Shown here: positions 40,201 to 48,315 of the stretch, piece by piece
How the letters are laid out: each line of letters begins with the position of its first letter
Position numbering within the stretch: position 1 is the stretch's first letter
IMG/VR virus record: IMGVR_UViG_3300023110_001943
Span: 64,001 to 128,000 of that record
Strand: one strand, 5' to 3'
Length of the DNA stretch: 64,000 nucleotides
Source of the DNA: a virus
The notes under the pieces: model-generated
Told to the model about the DNA's origin: nothing
Databases searched by the model: none
Seen by the model: only the letters and a program-made list of their open reading frames with translations
Translations under genes and position numbers: made by a program

Positions 40201-40948
40201 CTACCCGATAATTCAATATGGTTATTTTACTAACCGAACTGGTTCAACATCTATGAACTTATCTTCTGGTACAACTTACTATTTAAGACTTCGTTATGAT
40301 TGGACACGTACTTTAGTAGGTAGTACTTGGACCTCCTCAAGGAATGCGGGGTATTATATGAATTTTGATGGTAATTATTCTGGAAACTCCCTTAATGCGG
40401 GTACTGAGATAAATAACGCAGGATTACAAGTTTTATCAGGTACAAGCCGTGTATTCAGAGCAGATACGGCCGCGGCAACTGGTCCTTGGCTTACTGCTAT
40501 TGGGGGTATGAATGTGGATTACTTTGTACCAAAATACTCCGCTCACACGGCACAATCTAAAGTTTGGGGACAATACAATACTGAATTAGGATATGATAAA
40601 CGAGCGTATCCTGTAACAAGGGCAATGTGTAGATTTACAGTAAGTACTTCTTATGTACCCAGTATAAACAACCCACAAGTAAATGTTGCAACTGTTAGCC
40701 GTAGTGCACAAGGAATATATACAATAACATTAGAAGATGACCTTGGTATTCAAAAAGGACTGCCAATTATAAGTTCATATGGTAGAGCAAATGATTCACC
40801 ATCGTATTACCCAAGCGATGCTGAATTTACAAGTAATATGGCAGCAAAACACAATACAACTGCCGATAGTTACACTTTAGGATTTAAGGATAATGATAGG
40901 AATGATAATGATGACCCATATATGGTTCATTTTGTAGTATTTGGATAA
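34283..40948 (+). CDS. Giant tail fibre/receptor-binding protein with internal Hint domain
   Basis: 2221 aa, S/T/G-rich; Ig-like repeats, short collagen stretch (GDKGDTGDPGDPG), Gly-rich fibre repeats, Hint domain, and a fibre-type C-terminus. Confidence 0.8.
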   Translation: MAIIKKFSPFQNLSSFQVFLNDTERTSQYFKITEFEDTLTGGKNGFLIEGSEYLKESTEVKVELLDVENNPIYFEPGDGIPEYYEGISKLVSVHVYDDTPIGTGKITILGELKNYIDENGAVVPVPDEWKGIYNVKWERTFQVNKNLNNETIVRFYKRPIVNITELVKPIFSKSIPTVTDTGYAHGISETPIDGTDIRNWRTGTIYRLRRTSGTWDRDVDENTITFTSPSFTANIVEVLNDTDVLVDVPYTINNLVSNFTSGSYSVSYADFQNEVIGESTLTGSFAKIDITQLKTFVGDVARVKVFRKSRNSVGDFQFVQESKLESTELLRDVTTPSNTEIPYGRFDESNLSTYWITSSADHEVSIDSSVLSQAVKFDYDSVQGGVQRLITSQSFSISKDVEYTLNFRTLLSGSLDDSGKSVRAFFSSSNFTQDFLTASGSAIYRTRQNVSQNILSENTGDAHLVFEVKGDDWYVSNVSLKNAQDTSFSPDEFTLIQDIPRKLASETFDFRFEFYDINNNYIPVDVTAVGVFDGGNDFPTSGKLLTFESDRNAFRFTSGSIGSPPFQQLQFKVTQNNLTGSVSFASSAFDEDGNYIDPSSYGGTYPGTLTSVTPAGAILRIADFSGSDESVIVGSIVYTASLEGLEEFETVYRLEDGDNAPTLLVTSNANQFTYEPTSLIPKPVGQSITVRAQRKNLASLVTPITVNSGSNRPALTYVDTVGGIDTYTISATEFSSSFSANSFDEVTYQFTGSDVFGIEQTDEITLSKVVNFDGVSITLSNESTAFRSNGQGLILDSFDSGDGEVEVRIADKEIDHSNGLSSPNTFDIVSATATNVTEAYSSYLTNQYGINAMSADSGSLVLNISYLAGDNSTTQSFQKKVNYNKNRIAQPSIIIDTTNKTQNVDAKSTGVQLTSFEDSTITVREFYTGSVTTFSSSDVAISFDSNPSTIATDNGDLTLSYSNLANATNSTQVQFTATVTDSEGTSRSVSDSISLSKTLDAAPNVEFQVTPSAQTITSYSTGDSPSAATNLVVTANEGGSARTLSALSATANSDITITSATYTTGVIVVNTSAMSSDSGTITISASTTNSEGTTVTKSLTATISKAKAATPVVLVSATPQTQNTTANPSGVQTGTFNNVVVSVSNGTFVDMTKTQSGFSTNPTISSNTLTMSSAVITTANTSASVTLTVNYTDSEGTDGSQNIVITVTKSNDGDKGDTGDPGDPGTNGLKSAANMVHYQVSSTSAPATPSATSYNFGTNSFTGLTANWATGAPTYASGNTNKYWYSTYTVTETTSGGGTGVPSFSTPVQAIGFSGLVSFTANETVGDGTNNLSFGVSGTTLINGDNISTGRIISTNYVTGSGDGFTNTGTEFSLDEGLLASKNFMITPDGSAFFKGDLTGANITGATGTFTGTVQIGGTTLTTGNTLNANTTADDVDLGNVENLDAQNQAQSGLISGTTITGGGITLSGGGNIKGGQTNYNTGTGFFLGYHGSAYKFSIGNASSKGITWDGNSLSIGGDVNIGATLASTVVSGASAGATAIQNSSEVDLSEADNSTSGYQNNTATRTGGSVGGWGLEQYKIKGGAPTSGGDGVFTNTGIILGIESVSGNGYISAQNFYVSSSGDALFGGTLSGADIYGGTININDNFYVGSSGTMTANNAVISGQITSEDATLGAWSVGPDSIEAENGQISLNATDGTILLKDSSLVTKVNLNIDSSLTTPAAGGSISGTTNATVQTDEETVAADGIKYYSTTQGNDAQDIANFTPSTTGTWSIGYSYTQGNGSYVYATGIGNYSSVSVYLEVRTGANGGGTLVKSAYIQSQYAAGTDSGNFSVDENTKITLSDGTTKLAKDIKTNDTLLVWDESVNSFKASGVGDIRKKIVERVYEVCVGDIKLVTSENHGFWIDGGAQIKVQDLIENQTEIYVKDGENIKLKTVTSVRVLEKQSQVITFKIPKYENYISENIISHNPAGDDYPIIQYGYFTNRTGSTSMNLSSGTTYYLRLRYDWTRTLVGSTWTSSRNAGYYMNFDGNYSGNSLNAGTEINNAGLQVLSGTSRVFRADTAAATGPWLTAIGGMNVDYFVPKYSAHTAQSKVWGQYNTELGYDKRAYPVTRAMCRFTVSTSYVPSINNPQVNVATVSRSAQGIYTITLEDDLGIQKGLPIISSYGRANDSPSYYPSDAEFTSNMAAKHNTTADSYTLGFKDNDRNDNDDPYMVHFVVFG
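39779..40186 (+). other. Hint (intein-like/BIL) domain, 136 aa
   Basis: Block A SVDENTKITLSDG, block B TSENHGF, blocks F/G NYISENIISHN followed by Pro. Confidence 0.85.
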
Positions 40949-40963
40949 AAAAAAATAAAATTT

Positions 40964-41257
40964 ATGGAAAAATTATATATTATACACGAAAGTGAGTTTG
41001 GAGAACAAGATACTTGTATATCAACACTCACTGGTAATTGGGAAGAATCTCCTGAAGATATACACTTTACACGATTAGAATGGTGTGCGAAAAAATGTGT
41101 AAATGCAGGTGCTAGATATGAATTTGTTTCTCAATCACAATTTCCACCTGATTTTGATAATTATACATGGGATTACTCAAATTTTGATGGTTATGGTAGT
41201 TCAAGTCTTTTTACCCAAAGTTGGGATAATTATTTATCACAAAGTTTAGAATTATGA
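40964..41257 (+). CDS. Putative tail fibre assembly protein
   Basis: Small acidic ORF directly after the fibre gene. Confidence 0.5.
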   Translation: MEKLYIIHESEFGEQDTCISTLTGNWEESPEDIHFTRLEWCAKKCVNAGARYEFVSQSQFPPDFDNYTWDYSNFDGYGSSSLFTQSWDNYLSQSLEL

Positions 41258-41520
41258 GTTGGTCAATAGATAAAAATAAAGCATTAGATAAATTTCTTAA
41301 ATCTTACAGATTAGAAAGAAATAAAAAGTTTCAACAACTTGATGTTGAATTTATGAAAGCATTAGAAACAGATGATAGTTCATCTAAAACTAATATTATT
41401 TCTGATAAAAATTTATTGAGAGATTTTCCCTCATCAATCACAACTTCTTCATTTGACACGATTGATGAATTACATAGTTTATGGCCAACAGGTAGTTTAG
41501 ATGTTCCAAGACGTTGGTAA
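41254..41520 (+). CDS. Tail fibre assembly chaperone-like protein
   Basis: RLERNKKFQQLDVEFMKALE...K..LRDFP...WP pattern. Confidence 0.65.
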   Translation: MSWSIDKNKALDKFLKSYRLERNKKFQQLDVEFMKALETDDSSSKTNIISDKNLLRDFPSSITTSSFDTIDELHSLWPTGSLDVPRRW

Positions 41521-41559
41521 TTATATTACCTTAAAATAGATTATAAAAATTAAAGGTTT

Positions 41560-42729
41560 ATGAAAATAAATTACAAAGATAGAATTAACGAATATCTTAA
41601 AGGCGATGATATCGATGCGGTGGAACTTGCAAGATTGATGAATAAAATTCTTGATAAGGATAAACAATTAAAAGTAGTTACTGAAAAGAAAAATCACATA
41701 AAAATTTTACTCACCACAGGTGCTGGTAATACTATTCAAGGTGGAGCAGATATTTGGGTAAATCATTTTTTAAACTTAGTGTGGCCTTTACTTCCAAATA
41801 AAAAAACTTGGAAACTTTTAATTGACTCTAAAAGACCTACTCAGTTCGACCCAAAATCATTACCAAAAGGATTATTATATCATTTTCATTTTGATGACCC
41901 TGATTTAACAGATAGGTGGTTGGATGAGTGTGAAGAAATTCATTCACTACATTCTCATTATCACAAGAGAGACCATATTTGGCATTGGGAAGATAAATTT
42001 AAAACTATTTTTGTTCACGCATATCCACGAGAAATGTCAGAGGTGGTAGAAAGTATACCCGAACTTAAAAGATTACAATTTAATACCAAAGTAGATGTAA
42101 AGTGGTATGAAGAATATTTAATGACATTCAAAAAAAGAATTTGGATTGGAAATAATTATTCTTCTTTATTTGATGAATTTCCGAACTATACTTACAATAT
42201 TCCAAATTTTTATGAATTTAAAAACAATATTCCAATTACAACTCATAGAGAAAACGGTAAGGTTGGATTTGCTTCGAGAATCGAATCGAGAAAGTGTATT
42301 CATTGGATGAATGAATTAGAAGGATATGCTTTAACATCTCAAATGGATTTACAAAACCTTAGAGATACTACAACTTATTCATTACCAAGAATTAATTTAT
42401 TTCAATGGAACCCAGATATTCATCATAATTTTATGTTAAAAAATTGGGGTATATTTCATGGAGCATATTTCAAAGAACCATTTGGATATTCTATTTTTCA
42501 AGCCGTTGATTATGGTAAAGTTCCAATTATAAATAAAGATTGGGCCGAAGAAGTAGAATATGATTATCGAGCTTCTACCATGAATGAATTTAAAAAGATT
42601 GCTAAAAAAATACAAACAGACCCACAACAAAAGATAGAAAAAAACTTTAACAATCTAAAAGATTACATGAAAAAGTTTGATAATAAAGAAGAATGGGTTG
42701 ATAAAATTAGAAGTACTATTTTAAAATAA
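41560..42729 (+). CDS. GT-B fold glycosyltransferase (GT4-like)
   Basis: N-terminal GGADIW, RIESRK, and EPFGYSIFQAVDYGKVPI. Confidence 0.7.
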   Translation: MKINYKDRINEYLKGDDIDAVELARLMNKILDKDKQLKVVTEKKNHIKILLTTGAGNTIQGGADIWVNHFLNLVWPLLPNKKTWKLLIDSKRPTQFDPKSLPKGLLYHFHFDDPDLTDRWLDECEEIHSLHSHYHKRDHIWHWEDKFKTIFVHAYPREMSEVVESIPELKRLQFNTKVDVKWYEEYLMTFKKRIWIGNNYSSLFDEFPNYTYNIPNFYEFKNNIPITTHRENGKVGFASRIESRKCIHWMNELEGYALTSQMDLQNLRDTTTYSLPRINLFQWNPDIHHNFMLKNWGIFHGAYFKEPFGYSIFQAVDYGKVPIINKDWAEEVEYDYRASTMNEFKKIAKKIQTDPQQKIEKNFNNLKDYMKKFDNKEEWVDKIRSTILK

Positions 42730-42739
42730 TATATTTTTA

Positions 42740-42778
42740 TATATTTATATACGTTTGGTAAAAATTCGTATATTTATA
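42740..42778 (+). promoter_or_regulatory. Tandem putative late promoters (2x TATATTTATA)
   Basis: Copies at 42740-49 and 42769-78, upstream of the main glycan operon. Confidence 0.6.
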
Positions 42779-42858
42779 ATGGGGGTAAGGGGGTAGTGCA
42801 AGACACTAAGACAACTAACAAAATAAAAATAAAATTAGACACCTATAACTAAAGCACT

Positions 42859-43644
42859 ATGGGTAGTATCCTAAACTACAATCTCGTAAAAGAATATCTT
42901 ACAAACAACTTCACTATAAAAAAAGATGTTAATGGTAAAGAGTACAAGGAACTTACGCCTTTAAAATATCGTTGGACTCATGGTGCAACTGATAAACATT
43001 TAGGCGATGGGTTATTAATTTATTCTACAATCCAATACATGAGAGCAAAAACTTGTGTATGTTTAGGAAGTGGTGGTGGATTCATTCCAAGAATCATGTC
43101 TCAAGCAAGAATGGATTTACATGACCAAGAAATATTTGAAGGAAATCAACAAATGGAATGGGGTGATATTGGTACAACAATTCTTGTAGATGCTGATAAT
43201 GGAGTTGGTGGATTTACTGATTGGACTGAAAAAGATTCTTTTTTGAGAACACATTTTCCATGTAGAATTATTTTAGATACTACTGAAAATGCTTATTATA
43301 ACTATTTTGTAAAAGAAGATATTAAGATTGATTATTTACATATTGATGCTGGACATTCATATGAAGATGTAAAAAATGATTTTGAATTATATTCTAAAAT
43401 ACTTTCACCGAGTGGTATTATTTCTATACACGATACTGATGAGAGTTATGAAAAAGAACACATAGTTACAAATGATGTTTCGGAACAAAAACATCATGAT
43501 GAATTTGCAAATGGCCCATCTAAATTAATCAAAGAATTAAAAGAAAATAACAATTGGGAAATTTTCAACTTTTTTAATAATGGTATATTTAAAAGTAGAC
43601 CTTCTTCTACTGGTCTAACATTTGTTCAGAGATGCAAAAAATAA
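42859..43644 (+). CDS. Class I SAM methyltransferase (Methyltransf_24-like)
   Basis: CLGSGGG, IDYLHIDAGHSYEDV..DF, and GIISIHD. Confidence 0.85.
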   Translation: MGSILNYNLVKEYLTNNFTIKKDVNGKEYKELTPLKYRWTHGATDKHLGDGLLIYSTIQYMRAKTCVCLGSGGGFIPRIMSQARMDLHDQEIFEGNQQMEWGDIGTTILVDADNGVGGFTDWTEKDSFLRTHFPCRIILDTTENAYYNYFVKEDIKIDYLHIDAGHSYEDVKNDFELYSKILSPSGIISIHDTDESYEKEHIVTNDVSEQKHHDEFANGPSKLIKELKENNNWEIFNFFNNGIFKSRPSSTGLTFVQRCKK

Positions 43645-44474
43645 ATTTGGTTACAGTTGTTGGACACAACACAACTCTTCTACCACATATGTTAAATTAT
43701 TACAAAGATATTGTTGATAATATCTATGTAGTTGTGTATCGTCAAAACGAGTTAGATGGTATTTTAGAAGAAGTAGTAAATTTTGGTATCAAACCATATA
43801 AAGTAGTTACAGAGCCAAAATTTAATTGGGAAAGAGTAACAGAATTATATAATGAGGTAAAACAAACCAAACCAGAAGAATGGTGGGTGGTTTCGGATGA
43901 TGATGAACTTCATGTTTACCCAAAACCCTTAAGGGAACTTATCACAGAATGTGATGAGAATGGTTGGGAATTTATCACAGGAGGTTTCCTCGATAGGATA
44001 GGAGAGGGAGGTGAGTTTCCTTTGGTAACAAAAGAAACTAATATTTGGGAATCGTTTCCACTTGCAGGATTTTTTAGATACCCTATGAGTGGAGCAATGC
44101 CAAACAAATGTTGTGTAATGAAAGGTTCGATAAATGTAACACCAGGTCAACACTTTGCTGTAATTGGTGATACTGATACTTGGAGAGAACGAGGATGGAA
44201 TCATCCTAAAAGATATCCTATTGAAAAAGGATTAATTCAAGTTCATCACTTCAAGTGGGATTCTACAATCTTGAAAAGATTAAAAGAAGTTTCGGAAACT
44301 AAAGAAGATTATTCTTATTGGAAAGAGTACAAAAAAATGTATAGAAATATACAAATAAATGATTGGAAAATTAATATTAATAATCCTGCGTTTATGATTA
44401 AAAAAATGAATAGTAAAAACTACGATGAATATTCAGAGTGGGAAAACTTATCTAATGTTATAGTAAAGATATAA
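43632..44474 (+). CDS. GT-A (GT2-like) glycosyltransferase
   Basis: LPHMLNYY, WWVVSDDDELH, GQH and HHFKW. Confidence 0.75.
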   Translation: MQKINLVTVVGHNTTLLPHMLNYYKDIVDNIYVVVYRQNELDGILEEVVNFGIKPYKVVTEPKFNWERVTELYNEVKQTKPEEWWVVSDDDELHVYPKPLRELITECDENGWEFITGGFLDRIGEGGEFPLVTKETNIWESFPLAGFFRYPMSGAMPNKCCVMKGSINVTPGQHFAVIGDTDTWRERGWNHPKRYPIEKGLIQVHHFKWDSTILKRLKEVSETKEDYSYWKEYKKMYRNIQINDWKININNPAFMIKKMNSKNYDEYSEWENLSNVIVKI

Positions 44475-45931
44475 TGGATAAATTAGCAATAATAGTTCCT
44501 TACAGAGATAGAGAAGAACATTTAAATGTATTTGTTCCACATATCCACGAATTTCTTAAAGATAAAGGTATTCGATATTCTATTTTTATTATTGAACAAT
44601 CTGATGATAGACCATTTAATTATGGAAAACTTTGTAACGCTGCAGTAAAAGAAATACCTGAAGAATATACTTACTTTGCTTTTCATGATATTGATATGTT
44701 ACCAATGAATGATGAGTGTGATTATGCTTATCCAGAATCTCCAACACATCTTGCAACCAATGTAGAAGTTCATAACAATGAATTACCTTATCCACAATAC
44801 TTTGGCGGGGTGGTTGTAATTAGTAGAGAAGATTTTGAAAATGCTAATGGTTATTCAAATGAATATTGGGGTTATGGATTTCAAGATTTGGATTTACTAA
44901 AAAGATTAGAAAGAAGTGGTGCTTATCTTGAAAAGTTTTATGATTTAAATAATGTTTATTCAACTTACGATGAATTAGATATTTTACCATACAGAATAGA
45001 AAATGTAAAAATTACTTCAGATAAAAAAGGTCAAACAATTCATTATAACAAATTTTCAAAAACAAATTACATATACGGCCCAATAAATCCTATATTAGAA
45101 TCTGTTTTAGAAAATTCTTTTTCAGTATCTTTTTGGTTTAATGATTCAGCAAAAAGAAAAAATAAAAAAAACTTAGTTACCTTTGAAGGATGTGATACTG
45201 GTGTATTTTTAAGCAAAGGAAATGAACTAATTTTTCAAATTTGGGATAACTTAGAAACCCATACTGAAATTCTACTATCTTATGCAAGAAATCGTTGGAA
45301 TCATTGTACATTCTCATATGATTCAGAAAATAAAAAAATAAGATTAACGATTAATGATAAAAGTGAAGAAATCCAACTCAATGATGGTTTCCAATTATAT
45401 GATTACAAAAAACATTGTATAAAAATATCCGATGGAGAATCACAAGTAGATATATCAAATGTTCTTTTGTATGATGTATATTTTGATTCATCATCTATAC
45501 GAATTTTATGTGATGAAGGAAACTTTGCTTTAGATACATTAGAAACAAATTTAGGAATTACACCATCTTTAAATTTAAGATATGATTCATTATATAAAAA
45601 TAATATTTTGTTAGATTTTGGAAAATGTAAAAATCATATAAAAGTTTATGATTCATTGGATGTAAATAATATGAGTATAATTCCTAATGAATTGTACTTA
45701 CCAATAAGAACAGATGGTGTTTATAAATCATTACAACATAAAGGAGATAAAAAGATTATAGAAAAATATTATAAGTATAATCCTGATATAGAAGAAAATG
45801 CAGATATCTTTTTTGAAGATGTATTGAAAAATAACTTAGATTATAAATCAATTGGATTGAATACATTAAATTATAAGGTTTTACATAAAGAACAAAAGAA
45901 AACATATGAACTTATTAGAATTGTTACATAA
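44474..45931 (+). CDS. GT7 (beta-1,4-galactosyltransferase-like) with inserted LamG domain, paralog 1
   Basis: IIVPYRDR, FNYGKL.N, FHDIDMLP, FGGV, NGYSNEYWGYGFQDLD; LamG insert; C-terminal GLNTLNY. Confidence 0.85.
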   Translation: MDKLAIIVPYRDREEHLNVFVPHIHEFLKDKGIRYSIFIIEQSDDRPFNYGKLCNAAVKEIPEEYTYFAFHDIDMLPMNDECDYAYPESPTHLATNVEVHNNELPYPQYFGGVVVISREDFENANGYSNEYWGYGFQDLDLLKRLERSGAYLEKFYDLNNVYSTYDELDILPYRIENVKITSDKKGQTIHYNKFSKTNYIYGPINPILESVLENSFSVSFWFNDSAKRKNKKNLVTFEGCDTGVFLSKGNELIFQIWDNLETHTEILLSYARNRWNHCTFSYDSENKKIRLTINDKSEEIQLNDGFQLYDYKKHCIKISDGESQVDISNVLLYDVYFDSSSIRILCDEGNFALDTLETNLGITPSLNLRYDSLYKNNILLDFGKCKNHIKVYDSLDVNNMSIIPNELYLPIRTDGVYKSLQHKGDKKIIEKYYKYNPDIEENADIFFEDVLKNNLDYKSIGLNTLNYKVLHKEQKKTYELIRIVT

Positions 45932-46259
45932 TAAAAAAGTTGTTGTTAAATTAGAAAATATAGCAACACAAATACAAGATTTGACAGAATCAGATAATGA
46001 TTTCTCAAATGTTGTACCTTCCGTTGTTATGATGTTAGAAATGATATTAAACGAAAATGGAAGAAGTACGGTATCAAAAGATGTACTCGTACAAAAAGAA
46101 TATGAAGATTTTTTAAAAGATTCGGATATTAAAAAGAAAAACTTTGAAGCTTATTTAAATTCTTCATATCAAAATAAATCTACAAGTGAAAGAAAACTAA
46201 CAGATTATTTAAAAAAGGAATTAATTAAAAACAAAAAGTTGAACTATGGCAACATCTAA
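45906..46259 (+). CDS. Hypothetical protein
   Basis: 117-aa ORF overlapping its neighbours. Confidence 0.55.
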   Translation: MNLLELLHNKKVVVKLENIATQIQDLTESDNDFSNVVPSVVMMLEMILNENGRSTVSKDVLVQKEYEDFLKDSDIKKKNFEAYLNSSYQNKSTSERKLTDYLKKELIKNKKLNYGNI

Positions 46260-46509
46260 AAAAAGTGAAGAACAAGTTCTTCAAGAAAGAGCGGTAAAGG
46301 CTCTTGAATCTATTGCAACATCACTCGGTGATATTAACGATTGGATGTATGAGTTAGAAGCTGATATGTGGCAAGAAAGATTAGAGTGGTACTTAAACGA
46401 GTTCTACCAAATCGCTAAACAAAAAACAGTAGGAACATCAAACAGACCAGAAAGAGGAAGTGAGAGAATCCAAGAGACAACAGAGACTCAAGAAGAAGAT
46501 AACTCATAA
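46246..46509 (+). CDS. Hypothetical acidic protein
   Basis: 87-aa ORF in operon context. Confidence 0.6.
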   Translation: MATSKKSEEQVLQERAVKALESIATSLGDINDWMYELEADMWQERLEWYLNEFYQIAKQKTVGTSNRPERGSERIQETTETQEEDNS

Positions 46510-47908
46510 ACTTGGTATAATCGTTCCATATAGAGATAGAGAACAACAACTCAAAAGGTTCTTATCTCATATGAAAGAATATATCAAGGATATTGATTAC
46601 GAAATCTTCATCGTAGAACAGGCAGATGATAAACCTTTTAACAGAGGTAAACTTCTGAATGCAGGATATAAGTACGCCGTTGATAAAGGGTGTGATTATT
46701 TTGTATTTCATGATGTTGATATGTTGCCTGAAGATGTAGATTATTCGTATTCAGAAAAACCACTTCATCTTGCAACTCACTTACAAGAACACGATTACGA
46801 AACAACTTTCTTTGATTACTTTGGTGGTGTAACTATGTTTACCAAAGAAGATTTTAAAACCATCAATGGATTCTCTAACGAATATTGGGGATGGGGATTC
46901 GAAGATGATGATTTATTGATAAGATGTGTTGAATCTGATTTAGATATTGATAAGGATGAAACAGGAAGTGGTGAAATAAATGAAGTTGAAGTTTTTAAAC
47001 TAAATGGAAACAATTCATATATCGAATTATCAAATAAACAAAAAACAAATTTGTTAGAAGATGAATTTTCAATATCTGTTTTAGTAAAGCCAGAAAATGT
47101 AAAGTTAAGTGAAAATAAAGAATATGATGAATTTTCAATAATATCAATACCTGGATTTAATATGGGATTGTTCTACAACTCTTTCAGAAGATTTTTTTCT
47201 CAAATGTATGATGAGAATAAAAAATCATATTCTGTTACAAGTGATATTTTAGGAGAAAGGTGGGTTCATTTAACAATGGTTTATAATACCGATGGAAATT
47301 TAAGTTTATATATTGATGGTACATTGGTTGATTCGGTACAAATAAATTCTAACATCCTACAAGTACCTTCAGATAAAATATATGTTGGTGCACCAAATAA
47401 TAAAAAAACAAATAAAAGTTTCTTTTACGGGTTGATATCAAATATCGAAATATACGATATAGCATTAACTTCTAAAGAAGTAATGGAAATATCAAAAAAT
47501 ACTACAAAACCAAAACTAAGAAACTTTGGTGATTTCAAATCAAGTGAATATCTACTTTCTCAAATTATACCAAGTTTATCCACAAAGGATACCTGTGTTG
47601 ATATAACAGGAGAATTTGATGTTTCTTTAAATAATATATATTTATATAAAGATAAGATATCTTTTAAAAGTTTCTTACCAAAGCCACATAGAAGAAAGTG
47701 CAGATTTAAATCACTTAAACACAAAAACAATTCCTCAATAGGAAATAAGTGGGTTCATTCTCAAACGAGAAAAAATCAAATCAAGTATTACAATGAAGTT
47801 AGAAACAATTTTGATAATTTTAGAATAGATGGTCTAAATACATTGAGATTTGATGAAATAAAAAAAGAAGAAAAGGGATTAGTTACAAAAATTTCAATAC
47901 AATTATGA
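46460..47908 (+). CDS. GT7 with inserted LamG domain, paralog 2 (start uncertain)
   Basis: IIVPYRDR, FNRGKLLN, FHDVDMLP, WGWGFEDDDL; LamG insert WVHLTMVY...LYIDG; C-terminal DGLNTL. Confidence 0.87.
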   Translation: MRESKRQQRLKKKITHKLGIIVPYRDREQQLKRFLSHMKEYIKDIDYEIFIVEQADDKPFNRGKLLNAGYKYAVDKGCDYFVFHDVDMLPEDVDYSYSEKPLHLATHLQEHDYETTFFDYFGGVTMFTKEDFKTINGFSNEYWGWGFEDDDLLIRCVESDLDIDKDETGSGEINEVEVFKLNGNNSYIELSNKQKTNLLEDEFSISVLVKPENVKLSENKEYDEFSIISIPGFNMGLFYNSFRRFFSQMYDENKKSYSVTSDILGERWVHLTMVYNTDGNLSLYIDGTLVDSVQINSNILQVPSDKIYVGAPNNKKTNKSFFYGLISNIEIYDIALTSKEVMEISKNTTKPKLRNFGDFKSSEYLLSQIIPSLSTKDTCVDITGEFDVSLNNIYLYKDKISFKSFLPKPHRRKCRFKSLKHKNNSSIGNKWVHSQTRKNQIKYYNEVRNNFDNFRIDGLNTLRFDEIKKEEKGLVTKISIQL

Positions 47909-48315
47909 TGAGCATGTACAAAACAGGTGTAATTGCAGGTAACTTTGATGTTATTCATCCTGGTTACATAAAAATGTTTAAAGAATGTAAATCATATTGT
48001 CAACAATTTGTAATACTTCTTCATGTAGACCCATCAATTGAAAGACCAGAAAAATTAAAACCAATTCTAACCAAAGAAGAAAGAACAGAAATTCTAACTT
48101 CAATTAGGTGGATAGATTCAATTGCATATTACACTTATGAAAAAGAGTTGGTAGAATTATTAAAAGGATTACAACCAGATATCAGATTTTTAGGAGATGA
48201 TTATAGAGGTAAAACATATACAGGTTTCGAATTAGATATACCAATTCACTATTTAAATAGAGACCATGGTTGGTCAACAACCAAGTTTAAAAAACTAATT
48301 GCAGATTCAATATGA
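47905..48315 (+). CDS. Cytidylyltransferase (TagD-like)
   Basis: AGNFDVIHPGY, LGDDY and RDHGWSTT. Confidence 0.85.
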   Translation: MMSMYKTGVIAGNFDVIHPGYIKMFKECKSYCQQFVILLHVDPSIERPEKLKPILTKEERTEILTSIRWIDSIAYYTYEKELVELLKGLQPDIRFLGDDYRGKTYTGFELDIPIHYLNRDHGWSTTKFKKLIADSI

